A DNA stretch of 63,210 nucleotides, the filler included, from Hyphochytrium catenoides (lineage: Eukaryota > Protista > Hyphochytriomycota): the NCBI GenBank assembly GCA_900088475.1. It is 10 parts of 10 records of this genome, joined end to end, with 100 filler letters (N's around TTAATTAATTAA, not from the genome) between each part and the next. Parts side by side here need not be neighbours in the genome. Positions count along the whole stretch, not along the records: positions 1 to 20,909 come from FLMG01004142.1; 9 more parts are not named here. One strand, 5' to 3'. Position 1 is the stretch's first letter; every line of letters begins with the position of its first letter. Under the pieces are notes generated by a model, which ran no database searches, was not told where the DNA came from, and saw only the letters and a program-made list of their open reading frames with translations. The position numbers were made by a program, and so were the translations under genes. Of this stretch, positions 1-19,648 are shown piece by piece.

Positions 1-285
1 GAGAGAGAGAGAGAGAGGGAGGAAGAGAGAGAGAGAAAGAGAGAGAGAGAGGATGAAGAGGTTGAGGTGTCTGGCAGTCATCTCTTTATTGCTCAAAGGC
101 ACGAGACACACGAGCCCCGCTGGGTACCAATAGGAAGAGGAGTGCGAGCGGAATGGAGGCAGGATTGGGATAGACAGAGGAGAGAGATGCAAATTGAGCC
201 TGAGTTTATTTTATATAATGGAGAGACAGAGGATAGTGAGATTGTTGAGCGAAGAGACAGAGTGTGATAGAGAGATGACAGATAC

Positions 286-576
286 CTGCAATACCCCTAA
301 TGCGAATCCCAGATGCAATAAGTCCGCTATAGTGAGATTTGCGGTCTACCCCATCAGCGAGTCCCCAACAGATTCCCTCAGTAAACCGTATATCTTCGTG
401 TCAATAACTGGCATGCAGGCATACAGAGCAAGAGTGGGATGCTTGTCAACAGTACCGCCCTTAATATGGCGGAAGGAATAACAGCACGATTCCGGAGATA
501 CTGCCAAATCTGTAATAGGAAGATAGAAGCACGTTAGCGGGCTACTCTGCGAAGATGTGAGCTCGGCCTCTGACAT
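286..576 (-). pseudogene. Putative decayed exon of an unknown gene, with one in-frame TAG at 346-348
   Basis: ORF 346..576 (MSEAELT...RESVGDSLMG) continues past the TAG in the same frame for 20 codons (TANLTIADLLHLGFALGVLQ) and ends at CAG|GTATCT, a canonical donor at 285. No homology recognised. Confidence 0.3.
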
Positions 577-640
577 CTTTCTGATCCGTTTTCCCCTCTT
601 TCTTTCTGCTGTCCTCCTCCTGTGATGATGACGGCAGGCT

Positions 641-704
641 CTGTCTCTCTCTCTCTCTCCCTCTCCCGCTCTCTCGCTCTCGCTCTCTCTCTCGCTCGCT
701 CTCG

Positions 705-768
<64 letters not shown>
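641..768. repeat. (CT)n/(CTCG)n microsatellite upstream of the SfsA gene
   Basis: Directly visible dinucleotide repeat tract. Confidence 0.95.
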
Positions 769-772
<4 letters not shown>

Positions 773-1006
773 TCGCGCTCACTCCCTATCGCTCTCCTTC
801 TCTCGCTTATCGCTTATCTCTCTTGCTCCCGCTTTTTGGGGCTCTGGTGCCGGACATCACTGCCGTATCGCGCCTTAGTTTCCTCTGCTTCCTGTCGCCA
901 TCGGCGGGGAAAGGCTGGTTATTGTCCACAGGAGAAGGGCAAGGAAGGAGTTGACCTCTGTTGTCTGAAAGATAAGAATGAGGGACTCTTGGGCCTTCTC
1001 CCCCTC

Positions 1007-3237
1007 ATGATCCGCCGTACGCTATTGTTAGGAAAGATGAAGAGGAAGAGAACGCTGCAGGCCGCGGTGGTGCTCTCGGGCCCCTCCCTTAAGGTGCAGA
1101 ACGAGCGGCGAGTGTTGACTAGGGCAGCAGCAGCGCAGTTCTCTAGACAGAGAGGCTTGGCGGACGTTCCTCAGCCAGTGATCGCTGACCCTCCTCTTCT
1201 AGTCCATCAAGGCAAGCAGCAGAAGTCATCCTCTCTGCTAGAGACAGGAGACACGGAGCGGCCAAATGAGACAGATCTCTCTTCTCTCAATGGGACTGCC
1301 AGAAAGACGGAGGCTGCGGGAGCAATCGATAGCAAAGAGAGTCGGGTGATGCTCTACTATGGTCCTCTGCTCAAGGGCAAACTGCTACGGAGGTACAAGC
1401 GCTTTCTGGCAGACGTGGAGCTGGAGAGTGGAGACGTACAGACAGTCTATTGTCCTAACACCGGTACGCCAGACACAAGCATAGAGAGGAGAAGAGGAAG
1501 TGCGGGCATCGCGCTCAGAGGGAAAGATAGTCCCAAAATTGCGCCCCTAGTGGTCGCTCTACGCTCTCTTCTCTCCCTGCCCTTTATAAACCCGTGAAAC
1601 TTCGTGACAAGCGACGCTTCCCGTGTGCTAACTGCCCGTTTCTCACTGCTAACAAGGTCCGATGATTGGGCTGTTAGACGACATGCGTCCCGATGTTCTT
1701 CTGTCCTTCTCAGAGAATGGAAAGAGGAAGTACGCGCACACGCTGGAGATGATCAAAGTCCAGGTACTCTTTGGAAGATATCTCTCCTCCCGTCTCTTTG
1801 CACTATGATGAAGGGCAATGGCGTAGTCTTTCTAACTCTTTTCTTGGACTACCTTGGGAGTCTCTTCTCTTCAAGAGTCCAGCTTCCTTACTTCTGCTAC
1901 CTCCTCCAGCTTATGCGTTAACTGCTTCTCTGACTTCTCTGCCTAATCTGAAGGCTGATCGCTAGCCTTGCCCGGACACGTTGCATGCGTCCTCTTCTTT
2001 TTTCTTTATAGGACGTGGAGTCAGGTCCAGATGGCTGCTGGGTTGGCGTTCACAGCGCAATGGCTAATAAAATGGTGCGGAAGGCTTTGGAGCTCGGACT
2101 CATTGAAGAGCTCTGTCCATTTGCTTCCCTGTCCGCCGAAGTGAAGGAAGGAGGGAGCAGGTTCGATTTCGTCCTTACATCTCCTAGCGGGCAGAAGACT
2201 TTTGTTGAGGTGAAGTCTGTCACATTAGCAGGTACCCAAGTGCAAGGGATGAAATGGAAAGAGGGAGAAAGAGGGAGCGAGAGAGCAAAATGGGAGCGAG
2301 AGAGAGGAGAGAGAGAAAGAAAAAGAGAGAGAGGGGGAACAGAGGGGGAGAGAGAGAGGAAGAAAGAGAGAAAGAAAGCAAGAAAGAGAGAGAGAGAGAA
2401 AAGAGAGAGAGAGAAAAAAAAAGAGAGAGAGAGAGGCAAGAGGACGAGAGCGAAGTGTGAAGGCCAGAGAGCAAGGAAGTGTAAGAGCGGGAGACAGGTT
2501 GGTAAGTGTTATGGCACAAGCACTTGGACCTAAAATGGACGGTCTCTCATCACCAAATAGCACTGAGCTACTGTGCTTCTCTTCCGTTGCTACCTGTCTG
2601 CAGACTACCAGCCAGGCTCCCCGTGGCTGGACCGAGATATTCACGTTCTTCAGAGGGACAAGTACAGCCGGTGCGCTCTCTTTCCTGACACAAAGAGCGT
2701 CCGGGCTGCGAAGCATCTGGAGGAGCTTAAGGGTCTAAGAAGGAAAGGGCACAAGGCTGCTGTCCTTTTCCTCCTACAGCGCGGTAAAGTTCTGCCTCTC
2801 CTAACTACTTTCCCATAGGGTCCTTCCGCCTGTTCTCCTTTCCTACCTGACGCAATGACCTTAAAAAAGAATTGTTGGGTGTGGCTTTGCTCTTCTTGGT
2901 GAGAGTCTTTTCCGACCGTAGAAGGTGCTCTGATTACCCTTCAGTTAGCTCCTTTGCTGCCTCTCTTTCTTTTGGCGTAGACCCCTATCTTTCGTCCGCT
3001 TCTTGGCTTTCCCTCCTTCCCAATATCTGTTTGGCTGTCTCCCTCATACTTACTTCACGCGCAGGAGATTGTGAGGCCTTCATGCCGTCCAAACGCGCTG
3101 ACGCTAAGTTTTATGAGAGCTGTCACAAAGCTAACAAAGAAGGCGTTCTGCTGTTGGCGTACAGATGGAAATTGAAGCTCCAGGAAGGAGGAGAAGCAAC
3201 AGTGGAGCTGGATAAAAAGCTTCCAGTTATCCTATAA
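1007..3237 (+). CDS. sfsA: SfsA-family protein (sugar fermentation stimulation protein; OB-fold + PD-(D/E)XK nuclease), 5 exons: 1007-1463, 1657-1763, 2012-2231, 2604-2783, 3065-3237
   Basis: GT-AG splicing joins the family motifs in frame: [18 protein letters not shown]|[72 protein letters not shown]|[23 protein letters not shown] stop at 3235-3237. The start ATG (1007, or 1037) is uncertain. Confidence 0.9.
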
Positions 3238-3731
3238 GAACAGTTCCTATCTTCTCCCCTAAGGGTCTTCGTTTTGCCTGACTGACCTTTACTTCTCTTG
3301 CAAGTTCTTTGCTCTCTCTTCTAACAGTAGTGGTCGCTAGGGCTCGAGCTCTTTGTTATGCATCCTCTCCAGAGGGAGGTCGCCTCCATGTCTCTGATGG
3401 TGAACGGTTCGTCTGCAGTCACACTCTCTCCTGACATGTCCCGCTCGTAGAGGAACTTTCTAGCCTGGCTTGTGATCATTGCCTGGCAGATGACGACACC
3501 TCTAAGGTAATTTGGAGGCAAGGCCCCTAAGTCAAACGGAGTCTTCTTTGTCATTGTTGCCTGATATAATTTCTTAGCCAATCCTTTAAATTAATAATAG
3601 ACCTCTTACGCAATCTTCGGCTCATGCAGCTGCTCATAATCCTTGAGCCCTAGTTCCCGCTGCACTTCGACGAAAGGGCCTTGTACTACCCTTCTCGACC
3701 TATCTCCCTCTTACTTTCTTGGCTCTTTAGA

Positions 3732-6700
3732 CTAGAAGCCCGGCGGGAATCCAGAGACCGTGGCTAGGTCCGTGATGGGAACGCCATTGGCACTAAAGCT
3801 TACTTTGATCTTCATCATCAGTGGTTTCTGCGTTGCAAAGAGAGCAGGGGACAGTCGGAGAGAAGTAAATAGGCGGAACTACCACTCCAAGAAAGTCTAT
3901 ACAGGCAGTAGAGCCCAAAAGATGTGCCATCCTACCTGCCCATGCATTGAGTTATTGACCTTCACGAGCTGGGTGACCGTCCCACTCATGCTAGGCGGCA
4001 CTACCGTTCCGGAAGGAGGAGCCATCTGGAGCTGAACGTACTGCAGCAACATAAGGGCGGAAACAATAGGTTATAAGAAGGCGTAGAGATAGGTGACGGA
4101 ATGCGAGCGCAGAGGACAACCCGATCGAGAGCAACCCTGTGCACACCACTGATGTACCTTAGGGAAAGCGGCCTGGAAGAGCAGATCGGTGATCGGGACG
4201 GGGCTGGAGTTCTTGAAAATGCAAAGTAGGTCCGAAAATTGAGCTTGGCTGGGGTTTGGCTTGTCAAGCTGCAGCTCAATACAAAGGCCGTGTTTCTCGT
4301 AGGCCTGCCCAAAGTACGGCAGATAGAAGACATCATCAGGGTCAGTAAGTCAGCCCGCGAAAATATAATAAAGAAGAGAGAGACAAGGGGAGAAATGAAC
4401 AGCAGACAGAACGAGAAGGGGCCCAAAACGCAGTTCCAAGCGATGTATGACTTACAGCGCAGTCTAAGGCGTAAGACATGAGAAGAGAGGGATGAGAGGT
4501 AGCAGCGCCAAAGTGCAAATAATGTTTGAGCTACGCGGAGGGTTGCTTATAGCGCAAGGTACCTTGATTGTAGGCTTCACCACTGCAGGTGGAGGCTGTG
4601 GCTGCGAGTCTCCAAAGACATCAAATAGCGCATCGCCATTGGTGGCAGGAGTTGGGGCAGCAGGCGCTGGCGGGGCAGCGGGTCCGCCCATCAGCAAATC
4701 GATTCCTCCGCCGTCTGCCGTGCCTGGCACTGTCGCAGTAGGAAGAGCGTTGGCCAATGAGGCAAAGGAGGGTAGAGAAGTGCCTGATGAGGTAGATCCA
4801 AAGATGTCTGATAACAGATCAGTAGCAGATGCATCCAACGTCGACTCGAGAGGTCCAACAGCGGGAAGAGAGGCGCCAGAAACTGATCCTCCTCCTGTTG
4901 ATCCAAACATGTCATCTAAATCTAATAAACTCGTCTCCTTTACAGGGGGCGCGGGAGAGGACGACGTGTCCTTTCTCTCTTCCTCCGTTTCAAAGCCGTC
5001 CCGTTGACTCATCTTTTTCCTTAGGGAGGAACAAAACACACATACATTGGGTTAGGGCAGGCGATTGAGCGGCAGCATTAGGGAGTAGGAGCAGTAGTGT
5101 CTCTAGAAATAACAGCGATGTCGATGGAAAGGGAAGCTGTAACTTACTTTGCTTGGCTGGTCTCCTTATCTATGATAGGCATCTTTAACAGAACTTCCGG
5201 CCGTGTTGAGTCCCATCGCGGGTCCAATAGCTCTGAGAACTCAGACGAGCGGATCTGCAGCTCAAGGTTCTATGTAACACGAGAACCGGACCATGAAAGA
5301 GATGAAGGGATAAGACATGAGAGCGCTATTTTCATACATCCAGGACAGGCAGAGGACAAGGTAGAAAATAAAGGAAGGCACAGCTAACAATGGGGGAGTG
5401 GATGGCCTTGGACACGTGGAACAGTATGAACCAACACATACACCAGTGTAACATCTGGCGTGAAGAGAGAGAGCAACAATGTGGGAGAGGGAGACACAGG
5501 ATAGAGCTGGTAACATCAGCAGGAGGAGCAGGACGGTCCGTTTAAGGGAAGATCCGCTCGTATCACTACCATTGAGGACTTGTAGATGCCAACGCATTTC
5601 TTTAATCTGCTAATCTGCTGCTCGTCTTCCAGTCGACTCGTCAACTTCAACATAGCGCTCAACACGAACTGCTTGGTGGTATCTGTGGCGTAGTGGCTGC
5701 GCATAATCTACGGCAACAAGGGCGTCGAAGGGTAAGTAGAGCAGATCGTATTAAGAAGCTGCCAGAGGTAGGCAAGACGAGAGGCATCACTCTACTTCCT
5801 GAGATAAAGGACGCACAATTAATTAGAAGAGACTTGGATGGATGCGGGACGGTAAGGGTAGCTAGCAGATCTAAGAGGAGAGTGTATCACTGCAGTGGTC
5901 CACTAAGGTAAAAGGAAGAGCCAAATAGAAAATGGGCAAACTTATGGGCTGACAATCAGAGCATCACCAGCTGGGCGTGCTGCAAACCCTAAATTCATCT
6001 ATCTTTACCTTCTTTAGCAGATCTACAACTTCTCTCTCCTCCGGCTCCTTCTTGTCAGCCAGAGAAGTCTCCTCAGCTGGAGGAGGTGAGAGAAGTTCAT
6101 CTCCGTACTCTCCAATGCACCACACGCCAACGTGGACAAGGCCTAACTGCGAGATATCTTCCACAAGGGCACGATACAGCTTATGCACGACATAACTTTG
6201 GAGCTCAGGAGTTTGCTGAAAATCAAAGAGCGATTGAGAGAAAGAGAAGAAAGAAGTGCATGAAATGGAGAGAGAAGAAGGAATAAGGTGAGCAGGATAT
6301 GGACCTCAAGCAAAGAGGTCCCATTTTAGGCCTCTCGTGTCCTTCGTATCAAGTTCGTCTCCGGCCCCAACCGCCCTATTCACAGTTTCGATTTTCCTAG
6401 AGACAGACATGTGCCGGACGCTGCTCCATTCTTCACCGGGTGTCTCACCCTCTGACTCTCTCTTCCGTCCCTCTTCCCAGACCTGCTCTCCATTCCACAG
6501 CTGCGCCTACCTGCTGAATAAGCAGCACGAGCTGCGCCGAAACTCTTTCACTCTCTATATTTGACCCAGCAATGGACAACATCGTCACTAGAGTGTCAAT
6601 TTGCCACCGCGGATCAGGTGAAAAGCGATCGACCACCACTAAGGCAGAAGGTGTTAGGGAAGCTCAAGACAGCGTTACGCGGGCATACCCCAGAAGAGGA

Positions 6701-8576
6701 GGAAGATGGGGGGAAGAGAGAGAAGTGTGCGCAATAGCTGTCCGGTTTAAACAAGGCAGTTGTGGTGGTGGCAGCGCCAATGAACGGCGTGCATGCAATC
6801 AACGACAGCAGGACCTCGGCCACGGGCTGACGGAACATGAAAACTAATCGCTGGGTTTTAGGGGGATCTTACAGGCTATCTTTCCACACAGTTCCTCCTT
6901 CTGCTCGGGCCCACAAACGACTAGGTAGTTTAGCATCTCGCGCGCCAACTGCAATAGTGAGAAGTTGTAGATGTCAGACGCGGCGATAAGAGTTGCATGC
7001 GCAACGTGAGCGAGAGGGAGCCACATAGAGAGAACATAGAGATTGAGAGACAAAGAGGGAGAAGATGAAGGGACAAAGAGGAGGGAGCTGAAGCGAGAAT
7101 GATGTAAAAAGAAAGAAAGGGTTTGCAAAGGTCCGGCCGCCTTACTGTCCGAATATTTGACTCATTGACAAGTGCATAGATCAGTTCTAGAGCGCGATGT
7201 CTAATTGAAGCGTCTGGGTCCTTCAGACAGTCAACGATGGTACTGCGATGGCGCTGGACAGAAGCCACATCATCCGACACTACCTGGAAACAGAACGGCC
7301 ATGCGCCATCGTAACGAAAAGTGAGAAGGACTGAGTCGACGGTGTGAAAGAGGAGAGAAGAATATAGGAGCTCGGACTATTTCTCCATTAGACGTCAACA
7401 TCCGTCCCGCAGAGCTTTCAAAGATGGAAGTCAAACTGGTCTCCGTACCTTAGAGAGAAGGTTGAGGGCTACGTATCTAATGTTATTGTCCCTGTTAAGC
7501 AGAAACCTTCCAAGAATATTGATGGCAAGGACGCGAAGGCTGCTTTCGCTTTCTATGGACATGATGGTGCTGACGCACTCGTACAGGATGGCGTTCCCAG
7601 CGTTCTTTGCTGTCTCGGTGTTGGTGGCCACCTGAGCCAGAAGGTCGTTCATCTGCTCGCTTGCATCCTCATTGTCCTTCCCGAAGAGTCGCAGCAACCG
7701 GAGAATCTTGACCTGTAGGAAAGGGTCCGCGATGCCGGCAACGTCGTGCTCTGGAGCGTAACCCATCGACAGAAGACTCTTCAGCAGCTTTAGCTATGAC
7801 AGAAAGAACAAAATAAGGAGGATTTGAGTGAGCCTTGGCCTACGTTTGACACTGGGACATTGCCCGTGAAAGCCATTGCCGCAACGATGGCCCATAGGAG
7901 GCCAAAACACTTGGAAAAGGCAACGTTAATGGCCACAAGAGGTGCAAGGAGCTCCAATCAGTGGAAGTAAAATAATAGAGTTCTTACCAATGTCGGGACT
8001 AGGTTTGCCCAACTCTTCTGCAGCTCTGGCTCAATCTGCACGACCTCTGTCACCAGCTGCAGTCCTGCCATCAAGACTCCGTGGGATCGCTCTCGCAAAA
8101 GCCCACGAATCCGGTCTTCAAAATCTTCAATAAGCTCCGGCACCTTCTTGAAGACACGAATGCACGCCAGCGCAGCCTTCTTTTTGACAAACTCGGTGTC
8201 TTTACGCAGGAGTTTCTCGATGTCGGGCGCTAGATCTCGCGCCATGTCCTCCTACACCGTAAGGAGTATGACAGGCATGAGCTTGGACAAGACCAATAGA
8301 AAGAGATAGACAGCGACAGTACAGAGAAAGCTTATGACATGTAGCACAAAGTGCTTTGTGAAGGCAGTGAGGAGTTAGGGTAAGCACTGATCCAAGCAGG
8401 ACGGCGCCACGGAGCCCTACCGAAGCTATGTTTCCCACAGCAGTGAGGGCTAGGCCGACCACGAACGGATTCTGGTGGTTAAGGTCGCTGCGCACGCCGG
8501 GAGACAGTTGTAGGAGAAGGTGAGGAGGGTGACAGAGGCAGGGGAAAGAGGAGAAAACCAGAGAACATCAAGGGCC

Positions 8577-8624
<48 letters not shown>

Positions 8625-9096
8625 CTCTTTGGCGTGCAGCACCTACTTCTTGATGGAGTTCGTCACCAGTGTGAGGACATCCTCGCTCTCAGTGAGAAGC
8701 ATTAAGCCCTAGGAGATGGTATGGTCAGCACTGACAGCGAAGGACCTTGTCCATGGACACTTTGGTGAGCTATACGAGACGGCAAGAAAGCTTCATGGCA
8801 GAAGAAGGAAGAGTGGATGATAGTTCTTGTCCTTCGCTCACCAGGTAACCTATCCGCTTCTCTGGGTAGAGAGGACTGGCAATGAGCTTGACGCACTCCA
8901 TCTGCCCGAAGTGGGACTTGTATCCAAGCATGTGAATGAACAGGAGCTTGGCCACATTTCGGTGGCGATACGCGGTGTCTTCTTCCTTGAACGCCGTCCG
9001 GATCAGCGCGCATTCCTTCGCGATGACAGCTCTCTCCTCGCTGAGAGTCTTGCACGCTCTGACATTGCGAATGAGCTCTCTTAACTTGATCGACAT
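3732..9096 (-). CDS. AP1G1: AP-1 adaptor complex subunit gamma (gamma-adaptin), multi-exon
   Basis: N-terminus [62 protein letters not shown]; [20 protein letters not shown]; [11 protein letters not shown]; VWCIGEYGD; hinge with LLDLDD-type motifs; C-terminal ear exons (LLFQAAFPK|[11 protein letters not shown]..|[22 protein letters not shown] at 3732-3734). The introns checked are GT-AG. Confidence 0.96.
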
Positions 9097-9373
9097 CGTT
9101 CCGTGCCTTCCGGGGCCCTTGCAGGGGCCTGAACTTGAGACCAAACTCCCGACCCGACCCCTTGACCGGTCTGGCTTATAAAGTTCTCGTCTCTCTCAAG
9201 CTGCGAGAGGGAGATACTCAGTCATTAAGCTCCGCACTGAGATCGTCAGCGCATGCTGGGAGGCGACAGTCTGTCTCTCGGGTTCCTATCGGGCTCTCAA
9301 GTCTGCCTGGGCTTGAGCTCATCAATCATTATTAATAACTCCTCTTCTACCTGCCTCTCCAAGCCCCAAATAT

Positions 9374-9465
9374 CTCTCTCTCTCTCTCTGTGTGTCTCTC
9401 TCTCTCTCTGTCTCTCTCTCTCTCGGTCTCCCTCTCACTGTCTCTCTCTCTCTCTCTCTCTCTCT
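9374..9465. repeat. (CT)n microsatellite upstream of the gamma-adaptin gene
   Basis: Directly visible. Confidence 0.9.
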
Positions 9466-9507
9466 CCCCCTCATAGATCTTGCTCTCCCTAGACATCCCC
9501 CTTTCAA

Positions 9508-9630
9508 TGAATCAGTCCCCTTGGGGACTCAGGGGAACGTCTCAGTTTGAGTCCCCCTGACATCCCAGCGGATCCTCCCCCGCAAGGGTTCAGGATCGCA
9601 GGCCGCTGGGGTGAAAGCCGCCTGATCACA
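9508..9630 (+). other. Candidate structured RNA or DNA element (multi-stem, GNRA-capped hairpin)
   Basis: Nested complementarities: TCAGGGG/CCCCTGA; CATCCCAGCGG/CCGCTGGGGTG enclosing ATCCT/AGGAT and CCC-GCAA-GGG; possible closing ATCAG/CTGAT. No Rfam family recognised by eye. Confidence 0.35.
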
Positions 9631-10934
9631 CCTTAAAACCTTCCCCCTACTGAACTACAAACTTCACTTTCCACTTCACCTCAGTCTGATTAATCTTAAT
9701 TATTGATTATCAGATCACGATCGCGCCGAGCTGCAGTAAGGATGTCGGATGTCACTTTCTGAAGCTTCTGTTCGCAATGACGATGATCTGTCAGAAGGAG
9801 AGTCACGATGGAAGCTCTTCCATTGTGCCGCTTCCTTGTTGATCACGCGGCAATGTCATACAGCCTTTAACGCATTCAAGAGACACTGTCGTGCTCATTC
9901 AGCTTTGCCACATCGCTGGAAGGATGCCAAGATGAGAGGTGAGTCATTTGTTAACAGCTTGTGTAGTAGGAGTTAACGCTTGTTTAGTTCCCATTCGGCG
10001 CCACTCGTCAACTTCGTACCGGCACTTAGCATGTTTCTAGGAACGACCTTTGCCATCCTGAGTTTACTCATAGGCCCTTCTTTTATAAATGCATATGCAA
10101 AGCCAAGTGTCGGTAGATAAATGTGAAGAGATAATACCGCCTTCAAATCTGCCCTACGCTGCAACGTCAGCTCCTCCCAGCTCTTAGCTCACTTCAAAAA
10201 GGGGATACTGAGGTTTCATATTATAAATTCGCTAAGGGCGAGTTCGTCCTCAATGCACGATTCGCAAGGACCAGAAGACGCCGTGCATGGAGAAATAAGT
10301 GCATACGTCTACTGGTCTCTCATTTCTCACAAGTCCAAGGGCAGATAGAGGCATCTCCATCTCGGTAAGGTAGCAGGGTGTTTAGATCGTGACCTTGCCA
10401 GCGTTGTTGAGTTACGGGCTGACATTGCAGGATTTGAGAATTGAGAAGACGATGTAGAACTCTCCTCTTGGCTGCAAAACAGTGCGACTGCTTCATATTC
10501 TTACTCGCGACCACGTTAAATGATCTCGCGATCTAGGAAGAACTCCATTTGCCGCGACTCGAGCCTCAGCACAGCTGCCACCGGTAACCCATAGACGCCC
10601 ATGCTAGTCAGAGCTCGCAGGGTAAATCGGGGGAGGATACACACGTCCTTAGTGGACGCTTCGTAGGGATACTTGACCCTACCTCGCATGTGCTGCATGG
10701 AGAAAGTATGGATTTATGGAGGTTTATAGTAGGGAGCAGCTTATGATCCGATCCATCGCCACCTTGTGAAGAAAGCTGCGGCGATTGGGGGGTCCTCATG
10801 TTCGCGTTAGGTAGCCGAGATCCGTACGGCGTTGGAAGCTTGATGCAGATGAACTTCCCTGGGTCGTGGTGCTATCTCCACACTTGCATTTGTCTGTTCT
10901 ATCCCGTGGTCTGTTTCTTAAGCGATCTGAGCGC

Positions 10935-19276
<8,342 letters not shown>

Positions 19277-19523
19277 CCTTCCTTCTGCCGCAAGATTGCC
19301 TACTTAGATCCGAGTCTGATAGCACTAGCAATAGAGAGCCAAGGTGATGACGGGCACGTTGCCAGAGCTTTGGCTAAGTACTATAGCTCTTGGCGCCGTG
19401 TGTAGGAGCGCTTAAGCTAGTCGGCAGGCTGGCTCCTTTGACAACCCCAAGTAACCGAAGCATTGCAGAATGAGGTGTTGGGTAGGTCCTTGCCCTCGCT
19501 TCCTTCTCGTCCTCTGCCTCAGT

Positions 19524-19648
19524 GGGCAAGAGGAGAGGAGACAGCTGAAGGCAGGTGTGTCTCTCCTCTGCCGGTCAGGCTGCATTCACTGGGAGCGGGC
19601 AAGAGGAGAGGAGACAGCTGAAGGCAGGTGTGTCTCTCCTCTGCCGGT
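19524..19648. repeat. Exact 52-bp direct duplication (19524-19575 and 19597-19648), each copy an imperfect hairpin
   Basis: GGGCAAGAGGAGAGGAGACAGCTGAAGGCAGGTGTGTCTCTCCTCTGCCGGT occurs twice, separated by 21 nt. Confidence 0.9.

Noticed and set aside
346-348. TAG-to-Gln genetic code reassignment suggested by in-frame TAGs
   Set aside because: Gamma-adaptin, PPR and CFAP54-like genes end at TAG at plausible C-termini, and the 1197-codon PPR ORF has no internal TAG. Mutational decay explains the pattern better.
534-954. ORFs rich in ERER/SLSL (also around 21000-22200, 47400-50000 and 60000-62400)
   Set aside because: Translations of (GA/CT)n microsatellites.
3321-3581. 86-aa ORF between the convergent SfsA and gamma-adaptin 3' ends
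   Set aside because: Non-ATG start, no recognisable motif and no consistent splice model; probably UTR or decayed sequence.
9486-9562. TPP-riboswitch-like GGGG..CTGAGA..CCCC..CTGAT pattern on the minus strand
   Set aside because: Lacks the P5 TAAT loop and the GCG motif, and there is no adjacent thiamine gene.
9749-10900. Several short ORFs between the gamma-adaptin and ABCC genes
   Set aside because: No homology or coherent exon chain found.
19524-19648. CRISPR-like repeat-spacer-repeat
   Set aside because: Only two repeats, 52 bp long, in eukaryotic DNA with no cas genes.
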